This document shows positions 46,821 to 54,867 of a DNA stretch of 64,000 bases, one piece after another. The notes below the pieces were generated by a model that saw only the letters and a list, made by a program, of their open reading frames with translations, was not told the DNA's origin and did no database searches. Source of the stretch: Elusimicrobiaceae bacterium (lineage in GTDB: Bacteria > Elusimicrobiota > Elusimicrobia > Elusimicrobiales > Elusimicrobiaceae); NCBI GenBank assembly GCA_045580265.1, contig JAZNNM010000002.1, positions 114,721 through 178,720 of the forward strand, given 5' to 3'. The translations under genes and the position numbers were made by a program. Within the stretch, counting starts at the first letter, position 1. Each line of letters opens with the position of its first letter.

Positions 46821-48182
46821 TTAGCTTTGTGTTTCTTTTTCTTGAATACTCCACAAAGAAGCAAGTCTTAAAAGCGTGCGAAGAGAAGCTTCCATTACAT
46901 CTACGTCTGCATATTCGCGTACGCTGTGAATGTTAAACATGCCGGCAAAGATATCCGGTGTCGGAAGGCCCATAAAAGAAAGTTGAGAGCCGTCCGTTCC
47001 TCCGCGTGCAGCGGTCAAAACAGGGGTGATTTCTTCCTGTTCCATGGCAAGTTCCGCCAGCGAAACTACTTTTTCCGGCAAAACGGAATTCATGTTCTTA
47101 TATTGGTCCGTAAAGTTAAGGGAAAAGCCGGTTCCTTTGTAGTTCATGGCTTTAACCGTATTAAAAGCACGGGTAACTTCATTTACTAATTCTTGCATTT
47201 CCGTATCGCTAAAAGCGCGGATAATCCCTTTAATTTCACTACGATCTCCTACCGTATCGATGGAATCTGTTAAGATAAATCCGCGGCGTTGAGAAGTAGT
47301 TTCCGGCCGACGATGACGCGGCAGTAAGGTGTGAAAGTCCGACGCCATGAGCAAGTTGTCGGCAAAGGGGGAGTTCATCGCTTCGCCGGGGTGAACCGCC
47401 CGAAGGCCTTCAAATACTACGGTAAAAGCTTTGGCGGAAAAAGTTTCGTTAATCAGTCCCCCTAAATCTCCACCATCTACGGTATATGCATAATCTGCAC
47501 CAAAATCGGGAACATTGAATTTTTCAACACCCGTTCCAATTTCTTCGTCGGGAGTAAAAGCAATTTTGATTGTTCCATGTTGCATTTCAGGGTGATCGTG
47601 TAGGTATTGAACACAGGTCATGATAATGGAAATACCGGCTTTGTCGTCCGCTCCCAAAAGAGTATCACCGGAAGCTGTAATGATATCATGCCCGCGAGCA
47701 CGTGCTAATTGCGGAGAATTCGTTTGATTTAGAACAATGTTTTTTTCGGCATTAATAACGATATTTCCGCCCTGAAAATTTGTGTGAACTTGCGGTTTTA
47801 CATCTTTACCGGAAGCTTCCAAGGCAGTATCCAAGTGGGCCAAAAAACCAATGGTGGGCGTGTCTTTAGTTATGTTGGAAGGAATTTCCGCCGTAACGAT
47901 GGAATTGTTATCTACTTTTACGTTACGAGCCCCATATTTTTTTAGCTCTTTGGCTAATTGTTTAGCCAACTTTTTTTGACCGGAGGTACTGGGAACCGTA
48001 GTGGACTTATCGGAAGATTGGGTATCCACCGTTACATATTGAACAAAGCGTTCCGTTAACTGTTTTTTCGCGTCGGCTTTGTTGTAGTGCGTAACGGACT
48101 TCCAATCCGTTTGCTGCGCGGCTACCCCTAAGGGTAAAACCGCACAGCTAAAACATACTAAAAGTTTGGCAAACAATTTCAT
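46821..48182 (-). CDS. pepT: Peptidase T (tripeptide aminopeptidase) with signal peptide
   Basis: Signal peptide MKLFAKLLVCFSCAVLPLGVAA; AHLDT, LGADDKAG, TPDEEIG, VDGG, RGGTDG and NIHS motifs. Confidence 0.88.
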   Translation of the reverse strand: MKLFAKLLVCFSCAVLPLGVAAQQTDWKSVTHYNKADAKKQLTERFVQYVTVDTQSSDKSTTVPSTSGQKKLAKQLAKELKKYGARNVKVDNNSIVTAEIPSNITKDTPTIGFLAHLDTALEASGKDVKPQVHTNFQGGNIVINAEKNIVLNQTNSPQLARARGHDIITASGDTLLGADDKAGISIIMTCVQYLHDHPEMQHGTIKIAFTPDEEIGTGVEKFNVPDFGADYAYTVDGGDLGGLINETFSAKAFTVVFEGLRAVHPGEAMNSPFADNLLMASDFHTLLPRHRRPETTSQRRGFILTDSIDTVGDRSEIKGIIRAFSDTEMQELVNEVTRAFNTVKAMNYKGTGFSLNFTDQYKNMNSVLPEKVVSLAELAMEQEEITPVLTAARGGTDGSQLSFMGLPTPDIFAGMFNIHSVREYADVDVMEASLRTLLRLASLWSIQEKETQS

Positions 48183-50893
48183 TAAGCCAAATCCTCTAAC
48201 GACGCCGTTACTTGGGCCAATGCTACTTGGGCGGCGGCCAATTCATCTTTGGTTTTTTGAATTTGTTCTTGGGGCGCATGCTTGATAAAGTTTTCCTGCG
48301 CTAAACGAGCCGTGCGGGAAGCAATGTTTGCCTTGGCGATTGCCAAGTCTTTTTCCAAGCGTTTTCTTTCTTTGTCAAAGTCGATAAGCCCCGTAAGCGG
48401 TACGTAGATAGCCGTATTTTCAAAAACCGCGGTTGCTGTTTGTTTGGGCTTTTCTTGATTGACTCCGATGGTCAAATTATCGATTTTTGCCATGAGCTTA
48501 ATGTAGTTTTCGTATTCCGTTACGATAGACAATTCATCTTGCGTTTTGGCACTTAATACCACAGATATTTTAAGCCCCGGAGGCACGTTGAACTGAGAAC
48601 GAATCGTGCGAATTTCACGAGTGACTCCTTGTACCACCGTCATTTTGCGTTGGGCATCCTTGTCTGTTTGTGCTTCGTTGTAAACAGGATAAGATTGGTT
48701 GAGTAAGAACTCTTCCGTCTCTCCTACATACGGGCGCAAGGAAGCGGCAATTTCTTCCGTTACAAACGGAATGAGCGGGTGAAGCGCTTTCAAGGTGCCG
48801 TACAAAATGTTTACACAAAGAGCCATGACCTGTTCTTTTTCTTCCGTTTGGAAACGTTGCTTGGCTAGTTCAATATACCAATCGCAGAAGTCACCCCACA
48901 GGAAGTGATAAAGAGCATTGGCGGTTTGAGCCAAATTATATTTTTCAATTCCTTCGCGGGCCGTTTTGATAGCGGTATTATAACGGTCTAAAATCCACTT
49001 GTCGGCCAACTCGGTTACTTGAGTAGGCATAGACAACGGGCCGTTAATACCTTCCATATTCATCAAAATAAAGCGCGAGGCGTTATAGAGCTTGTTACAG
49101 AAGTTACGCGCACCGGTAATGCTTTCTTCGGCGTACGGGATATCTTTGCTGGGAACGGCTTGCATGAGGAGCGAAAAGCGCACTGCATCCGTACCATATT
49201 TGGCCGTCATATCCAACGGGTCGATTACATTCCCTTTGGATTTGGACATTTTCTGTCCGCTTTTGTCACGCACTATACCGTTTAAGTAAACATCTTTAAA
49301 AGGAAGTTTCCCCGTAAAGTCGAGTCCGGTCATTACCATGCGGGCTACCCACAGATACAAAATTTCGTATCCGGTTACCATGACATTGGTAGGATAGAAG
49401 TGGTCTAATTCAGGAGTTTTTTCCGGCCAACCAAAAACAGAAATCGGCCATAAGGCGGAAGAAAACCAGGTATCTAATACATCGGGGTCCTGTACAAAAT
49501 CGGCTCCGCCGCAAATAGGGCATTTTTCCGGTTTCCCGTAAGAAACCACCGGCTTAGCACCTTCTTCAAATGATACCTTGGTAAGTTGTTCATTTCCTTG
49601 TTGATCAATAGCAAAAGTAAGGCCTTTTTCGCTACAATGGCGGCAGTACCATACGGGGATTCTATGTCCCCACCAAATTTGACGAGAAATGCACCAATCT
49701 TGGATATTTTTTAGCCAATTTAAGAAGGGGTTTTTCCAGTTGGCAGGGTGAAATTGGAGTTCGCCCGTTTCGGCCGCCTTGATAGCGGGGGCGGCCAATT
49801 CTCCCATCTTTACAAACCATTGTTCGCTCATAAACGGTTCGATGGTACTATGGCAGCGGTAGCAGGTAGAAACGTTATTGGTGTATTTCTCTTCTTTAAC
49901 AAGAAGACCTGCTTCTTCCAAATCTTTTACGGTTTCTTTGCGGCAAAGTTCGCGGTCCATGCCCAAGTATTTTTCGGGGCAGTTGACCATCTTGCCTTTG
50001 TCGTTAATGACGCTGACAATGGGCAGATTGTGACGTTGGCCTACTTCGTAGTCGGTGGCATCGTGTGCCGGAGTGATTTTTAAGGCACCGGTACCGAATT
50101 CCAGTTCTACGGCTTCGTCGGCAATAATCGGAATTGTGCGGTTGGCTAAAGGAATGATTACTTTTTTGCCAACCATGTTTTTATAGCGGTCATCTTTGGG
50201 GTTGACGGCAATAGCGGCATCGGCGTAAATGGTTTCGGGGCGCGTGGTAGCAATGACAATACCTTCACTACCGTCTTCCCCTTTGTATTGCAAGTGCCAA
50301 AGTTTACCGTTTTGTTGTTCGTGTTCTACTTCAATATCGGAAAGAGCCGTGGAGCAGCGAACACACCAGTTAATAAGGCGTTTCCCACGATAGATATATT
50401 TCTTTTCCCACCATTGGCGGAAACATTCGTATACGGCTTGGGCGCGTTTTTCGTCCATGGTAAATCGAATGTCGGAAAGGTCCAATGCCCAGCCCATTTT
50501 GCGGAATTGGTTGAAAATAGCATTTCCGCATTCGTTGTACCAATCCCATACGACTTCTAAAAATTTTTCACGGCCTAAATCGTGGCGGGATTTGTGTTGC
50601 TCTTTGGAAAGTTTCTTTTCGATTACGTTTTGCGTAGCGATACCGCCGTGATCGGTTCCCGGTACCCAGTAGGCATCTTCCCCAAACATGCGGTGTGCGC
50701 GGATAAGAACGTCTTGCAATGTGTTGGTGGAGGCGTGCCCCATATGCAGGGCTCCTGTGATATTCGGCGGGGGAATAACAATAACAAAGGGTTTTTTGGT
50801 TTTATCGTTTTTGGCTGCGAAGAGTTTCGCATTTTGCCATTTTTCGGCTAATTTTTGTTCTACTTCTTGCGGTTCGTACGCTTTAGGTAACAT
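48182..50893 (-). CDS. valS: Valine--tRNA ligase
   Basis: PPPNITGALHMGHA, DWCISRQIWWGH, KMSKSKGN and C-terminal coiled coil. Confidence 0.97.
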   Translation of the reverse strand: MLPKAYEPQEVEQKLAEKWQNAKLFAAKNDKTKKPFVIVIPPPNITGALHMGHASTNTLQDVLIRAHRMFGEDAYWVPGTDHGGIATQNVIEKKLSKEQHKSRHDLGREKFLEVVWDWYNECGNAIFNQFRKMGWALDLSDIRFTMDEKRAQAVYECFRQWWEKKYIYRGKRLINWCVRCSTALSDIEVEHEQQNGKLWHLQYKGEDGSEGIVIATTRPETIYADAAIAVNPKDDRYKNMVGKKVIIPLANRTIPIIADEAVELEFGTGALKITPAHDATDYEVGQRHNLPIVSVINDKGKMVNCPEKYLGMDRELCRKETVKDLEEAGLLVKEEKYTNNVSTCYRCHSTIEPFMSEQWFVKMGELAAPAIKAAETGELQFHPANWKNPFLNWLKNIQDWCISRQIWWGHRIPVWYCRHCSEKGLTFAIDQQGNEQLTKVSFEEGAKPVVSYGKPEKCPICGGADFVQDPDVLDTWFSSALWPISVFGWPEKTPELDHFYPTNVMVTGYEILYLWVARMVMTGLDFTGKLPFKDVYLNGIVRDKSGQKMSKSKGNVIDPLDMTAKYGTDAVRFSLLMQAVPSKDIPYAEESITGARNFCNKLYNASRFILMNMEGINGPLSMPTQVTELADKWILDRYNTAIKTAREGIEKYNLAQTANALYHFLWGDFCDWYIELAKQRFQTEEKEQVMALCVNILYGTLKALHPLIPFVTEEIAASLRPYVGETEEFLLNQSYPVYNEAQTDKDAQRKMTVVQGVTREIRTIRSQFNVPPGLKISVVLSAKTQDELSIVTEYENYIKLMAKIDNLTIGVNQEKPKQTATAVFENTAIYVPLTGLIDFDKERKRLEKDLAIAKANIASRTARLAQENFIKHAPQEQIQKTKDELAAAQVALAQVTASLEDLA

Positions 50894-51008
50894 ATTTTCT
50901 TCCTCGGTTTTTAAAATTGCGTGATGTGACTTCACGCGTAACCTATGTATATTTTACTAAATCTTGCGCAGTAGGAAAATTTATGCAAAAATATAACAGA
51001 GAATTTTT

Positions 51009-51725
51009 ATGAAAAAAATAGGAATTATTTGTGCGTTAGCACATGAAAAAGAGCAGCTCGTTTCCCGCTTGCGAACTCATCAAACTACGCAAGAAGGGCC
51101 GTTTGTATTTACCCGTGGAGAATTAAACGGTTGTGAAATTATCTTGTTGCAAAGCGGTATCGGAAAGGTAAATGCCGCGTTGGGTACGCTGGAAATGATT
51201 AAGAATTTCAATCCGGACTATATTATAAATTCCGGTGTGGCAGGCGGTTTGCAACCCACCCTTAATACGATGGACAGTGTGATTGGTTCGCAATATGTAT
51301 ACCACGATGTGTGGTGTGGTGTGGGTAATGACTATGGACAAGTGCAAGAATTACCTACTTTTTTTCAAGCGGATAAAATGCTTCTTACTTTGGCCGAAAA
51401 ATTACACGCTCAAAATCCGGCCCATGTACATACTGGCCTGATTTGCACGGGAGATCAATTCGTTTCCGGGGAAGAACCGGTATCCAAAATTTTACAACAC
51501 TTTCCGAATGTTTTAGCATGCGACATGGAATCAACGGCGATTGCGCAAGTATGTTATCGCTATCATGTGCCGTTTTTAAGTATGCGTTTAATTAGTGATG
51601 TAGCCGGAAAAGATGCTACGAATATGACGCAATACGAAAATTTTTGGCAGACGATGGCCGAACGAGGTTTTGAGCGAACTTGGGGATTATTGTCCTCTCT
51701 CACGGCGGAATTTGTCCGACAGTAG
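51009..51725 (+). CDS. mtnN: 5'-methylthioadenosine / S-adenosylhomocysteine nucleosidase
   Basis: IGIICA, SGIGKVNAA, INSGVAGG, TGDQF, CDMESTAIAQVC and RLISDVA motifs. Confidence 0.93.
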   Translation: MKKIGIICALAHEKEQLVSRLRTHQTTQEGPFVFTRGELNGCEIILLQSGIGKVNAALGTLEMIKNFNPDYIINSGVAGGLQPTLNTMDSVIGSQYVYHDVWCGVGNDYGQVQELPTFFQADKMLLTLAEKLHAQNPAHVHTGLICTGDQFVSGEEPVSKILQHFPNVLACDMESTAIAQVCYRYHVPFLSMRLISDVAGKDATNMTQYENFWQTMAERGFERTWGLLSSLTAEFVRQ

Positions 51726-51731
51726 CATAAA

Positions 51732-51986
51732 ATGAATTCTAAAAAGAATACAGTTATAGAACCTGAAATTTTAGATGAAAACAGTCGCCCAATAGAAATG
51801 AGCGACTGTGTGAAAGATTCTGCCCGTCCCAAAGGAGATACGGGGGGACTGATTGGCGGTTTTTTTGTGCTGGCTTTTGGGTTTATTATGACCCTTCTTG
51901 TAGCGGTGTTTAGTATTTTAGTGGTACTGCCGCTGATGCTTATCGGGCGTCTGCTAGGCATACAGGTTCGCACCTTTCGTCGTTAG
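51732..51986 (+). CDS. Small hypothetical membrane protein
   Basis: 84 aa; acidic N-terminus followed by a long hydrophobic segment; 3 nt after the mtnN stop. Confidence 0.6.
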   Translation: MNSKKNTVIEPEILDENSRPIEMSDCVKDSARPKGDTGGLIGGFFVLAFGFIMTLLVAVFSILVVLPLMLIGRLLGIQVRTFRR

Positions 51987-51988
51987 TT

Positions 51989-52738
51989 TTACAGATATAA
52001 GACCTTATATCCCAACATGATTTCCCAATCTTGGGAGTATTTATTCCCTGCCAAGTGCCAACCGCCGCGTAAATAAATGGAAGATCCCACATTTACCATG
52101 GTGCCGATTTCGAATTCTCCGATCAGCTCTGCGTCTCCGGGGGTTTCGTAATCAACTGTATAGCGCGGGTCAAATTCAAACCACCACTTGTTATCCGACA
52201 TGTAACCGAAAATCATGCGGTAGCGGCTTTCATGGATATCGTCTCGCCCGGAGACTCCCGCAAAGGAAAAAATGTGGCGATATTCGGCCTCTATAAAGAA
52301 GTTGGGGTTTAACTTCCATACTAAAAAAATTTCCGGTTCAATGTAAGCTTTTCCATCACCTAGTTCATGGTGGGTGGCCGTGGGGAGCGTAAGTTCCGCC
52401 CCTAATCCGTAAGAGAAAACTTTGGTGGGAGAATAGTCGGTGTAAAAGCCGGACACCATAATATCGCCTAAGCCTTTTTCACTTATTTCTCCTTCCCCAT
52501 AGCGGGTAAAGGGAATTTCGGCACCTAACTTCCAGTGTTGGTTAATCTTGAAAGAGGGTTTAATTTCTACGGTGGCAACCGTTTTGTTTTTGCTGTCGTC
52601 TTTGGCTTTGTAGCGGGGTTTAATTTCCAAAGAGGTTACGTTTTCGGTGGGGATTACGCCGTGGATATCTTGCAGTTGGGCAAAGGCTGAAAGGGAAGCG
52701 GTTAGCAGGAAAAGTAAACAAATAATTTTCTTAATCAT
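51989..52738 (-). CDS. Outer-membrane beta-barrel protein (transporter-like)
   Basis: Signal peptide MIKKIICLLFLLTASLSAFA; GLGD and LGDG loops with amphipathic strands, as in MetA/SphA-like channels; AGGAG RBS. Confidence 0.65.
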   Translation of the reverse strand: MIKKIICLLFLLTASLSAFAQLQDIHGVIPTENVTSLEIKPRYKAKDDSKNKTVATVEIKPSFKINQHWKLGAEIPFTRYGEGEISEKGLGDIMVSGFYTDYSPTKVFSYGLGAELTLPTATHHELGDGKAYIEPEIFLVWKLNPNFFIEAEYRHIFSFAGVSGRDDIHESRYRMIFGYMSDNKWWFEFDPRYTVDYETPGDAELIGEFEIGTMVNVGSSIYLRGGWHLAGNKYSQDWEIMLGYKVLYL

Positions 52739-52819
52739 AATGACTCCTAATAAAATATTGGAAAAATATTGTAGCAAATTTATAAAAAATCTTTTTTCGT
52801 TCCCAAATAAAAATTTATT

Positions 52820-52828
52820 TGCTATAAT
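52820..52828 (+). promoter_or_regulatory. Extended -10 promoter upstream of tRNA-Ser
   Basis: TGcTATAAT, 33 nt upstream of the tRNA 5' end. Confidence 0.6.
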
Positions 52829-52861
52829 AAATAAGTAATGATTAGAAAGTACTCCGTTTTT

Positions 52862-52948
52862 GGAGAGGTGGCCGAGTGGTTGAAGGCGCAGTCCTGGAAA
52901 GACTGTATACGGGAAACCGTATCGAGAGTTCGAATCTCTCCCTCTCCG
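52862..52948 (+). tRNA. tRNA-Ser(GGA)
   Basis: GGAGAGG/CCTCTCC acceptor stem, CAGTC-CT-GGA-AA-GACTG anticodon arm, long variable arm, GAGAG-TTCGAAT-CTCTC T-arm, G discriminator; CCA not encoded. Confidence 0.97.
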
Positions 52949-52975
52949 TATTAATTTAGAAACCCCGCGAAAGCG
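52936..52975 (+). repeat. 40-bp direct repeat, copy 1 (tRNA-Ser 3' end plus terminator)
   Basis: CTCTCCCTCTCCGTATTAATTTAGAAACCCCGCGAAAGCG, identical to 53154-53193. Confidence 0.97.
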
Positions 52976-52984
52976 GGGTTTTTA
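52959..52984 (+). terminator. Intrinsic terminator after tRNA-Ser
   Basis: AAACCCCGC-gaaa-GCGGGGTTTTT. Confidence 0.88.
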
Positions 52985-53153
52985 ATTCATAAAGAAAGAG
53001 TGGAGCGGCATAAACTGCTTTATGCCGCGTAGAGATTCGAAGCCCGGAGCGATGTTTTTGTTTGAGCCTACCGAAGGTTAAAATAGGCGAAAGGCAAAAA
53101 CCGCGAGGGCGGTTCCGGGCGAAATTTTCGTCAGGAAATTTACGCAGGACGGA
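52985..53153. mobile_element. Putative miniature non-coding element inserted at the tRNA-Ser 3' end
   Basis: Bounded by the 40-bp direct repeats; contains a perfect 10-bp hairpin, an inverted copy of the tRNA T-arm and nested stems; no coding capacity. Mobility is inferred. Confidence 0.55.
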
Positions 53154-53193
53154 CTCTCCCTCTCCGTATTAATTTAGAAACCCCGCGAAAGCG
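53154..53193 (+). repeat. 40-bp direct repeat, copy 2 (duplicated tRNA 3' end plus degraded terminator)
   Basis: Identical 40-mer, followed by TGGTTTTTT instead of GGGTTTTT, which puts a mismatch in the terminator stem. Confidence 0.97.
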
Positions 53194-53227
53194 TGGTTTT
53201 TTAATCAAATTTTATTTTCTTAAATAT

Positions 53228-54235
53228 CTATCTAAACAGCGTAAGTAAAATGCCTTTGAGTACAATTTTGGGATCGGATGCGGAAGAAGATTTAAAAGCC
53301 GTGTCTGCTTCGATAATGCGGTTTAAGGCGTTGAGAAAATTCTTTTGCGCCGGGAAGCGCCGAGCCGCGGAAACAAGGCGGTTTTCCCAGTACATAAGTC
53401 CGGCTGCGCGCAGGATATCGGCCGGAGCCATACCGGCTTCGCTCATGCGTTTGATGCGTGCCATTTTAAGAATGGGGAAAGTCATTTTACTTAAAATCCC
53501 GACGGGTTCTTCTCCGTCATCAAGTAATTTATCTAGTAATTTAATCGCGCGGTTTTTATCGCACGCAGTAATGGCATTGGCCAACTCAAAGGGGTTTTCT
53601 TCTTTGCTAAAACCGATGCAGGCCAATACATCGTCTTGTGTAATGGTTTTATCTGTACGGTCTAACGTATAGAGATATAATTTTTCGATTTCGTTTTCCA
53701 GTGCATTTAATTCGCCGCCTACGCTTTCGCATAATAAATCCAACGAATCAAAGTCGGCACTGAGGCCTTTTTCTCGCATTTTTTCGCGAGTCCATAAACT
53801 TAATTCTTCTTTTTGAAGTTCATCAAAATTAGCCACGCGCCCCGCATCTGAACACACTTCGGCAAGGACTTTTTCCGTTTTCATCTTTTTGGAGTCGTTA
53901 TGCGTCAAAATAAGTGTGGTCGTCGGGAGAGGATTATCTAAATAACGAATCAGCGCCTCTTTGGGTTCTTTGCGTAATTTTTCTATACCTGTTAACACCA
54001 AGAGCCGCGCATCCGAAAATACAGGCGCGGTATTGGCCATAGCCAAAAGTTCACCTAAATCGGCCTTGTCAGCTTCGGCTTGATAAAAATTAAAATCATC
54101 GGGATGCAAAATTTTGCGGATTTTTTGAATAACCAAATTTTTGCGATACACATCTTCCCCGGTTAATAAGTAAACGGGAGCAACGGTATTTTTGGCCAGT
54201 TCGGCATTTAATTTTTCCGCAGTAATTTTTGCCAT
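53228..54235 (-). CDS. holA: DNA polymerase III delta subunit
   Basis: PVYLLTGED, NTAPVFSDARL, ENEIEKL and NPFELANAI; follows leuS-lptE as in the conserved operon. Confidence 0.92.
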   Translation of the reverse strand: MAKITAEKLNAELAKNTVAPVYLLTGEDVYRKNLVIQKIRKILHPDDFNFYQAEADKADLGELLAMANTAPVFSDARLLVLTGIEKLRKEPKEALIRYLDNPLPTTTLILTHNDSKKMKTEKVLAEVCSDAGRVANFDELQKEELSLWTREKMREKGLSADFDSLDLLCESVGGELNALENEIEKLYLYTLDRTDKTITQDDVLACIGFSKEENPFELANAITACDKNRAIKLLDKLLDDGEEPVGILSKMTFPILKMARIKRMSEAGMAPADILRAAGLMYWENRLVSAARRFPAQKNFLNALNRIIEADTAFKSSSASDPKIVLKGILLTLFR

Positions 54236-54236
54236 G

Positions 54237-54818
54237 TTATTGAGTAATGGTGGTGTATTCGGGGTTGTTCATTACTTTCTTTTTGTTTTCGCTCATCACG
54301 GAACCGAACCCGTCAACGGTGCGTTTTACAATATCTTTAGAAAGTTTTTGGAACACGACGTCTCTTGCTTGTACTTCCGTCATGCCACCGGGAAGGGTGG
54401 ACGCCGCATAAATTTGGGTACCCATAAAGGCAGGTTCGCGCCAAACGGGAGCGTTGGTCGTTTTGTCCACCAGTACTACATCTAACCAAATGTCCATGCG
54501 ATAAACGGTGGGAATCAGTTGGCTGTCGTATTGAATCGGTACGTTTAAATAACGGGAAATGGTTGTAACCACTACCCCTTCGGCACCATTGTTTTCGGAG
54601 ACGATTTGATAAGTTCCATCGCGCAGAAATTCATCGTAAAGTTCATTGTAGAATTTATCTTCCAATGCAAAAACTTCTGTTTTGTTCAATATCGGGCGGA
54701 CTGCCACTTTTTTAATATGTTGCGGCATAATTTGCGCTTGTGGCGTATAGAGCGCTCCTTCGGTGGCACAGGCCGACAAAACAGCTACACAACAAAGAAT
54801 AAGTAAGAACTTTTTCAT
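54237..54818 (-). CDS. lptE: LptE-like LPS assembly lipoprotein
   Basis: Lipobox VLSA|C after MKKFLLILCCVA; lies between leuS and holA. Confidence 0.78.
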   Translation of the reverse strand: MKKFLLILCCVAVLSACATEGALYTPQAQIMPQHIKKVAVRPILNKTEVFALEDKFYNELYDEFLRDGTYQIVSENNGAEGVVVTTISRYLNVPIQYDSQLIPTVYRMDIWLDVVLVDKTTNAPVWREPAFMGTQIYAASTLPGGMTEVQARDVVFQKLSKDIVKRTVDGFGSVMSENKKKVMNNPEYTTITQ

Positions 54819-54867
54819 AGAATCTCCATATAGAGAGGGCGGCCCGAAGATCGACCCGCCCTTCAAA

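Noticed and set aside
50894-51008. T-box leaders for valS or leuS
   Set aside because: The upstream gaps are only about 80-115 bp and I saw no T-box or antiterminator motif.
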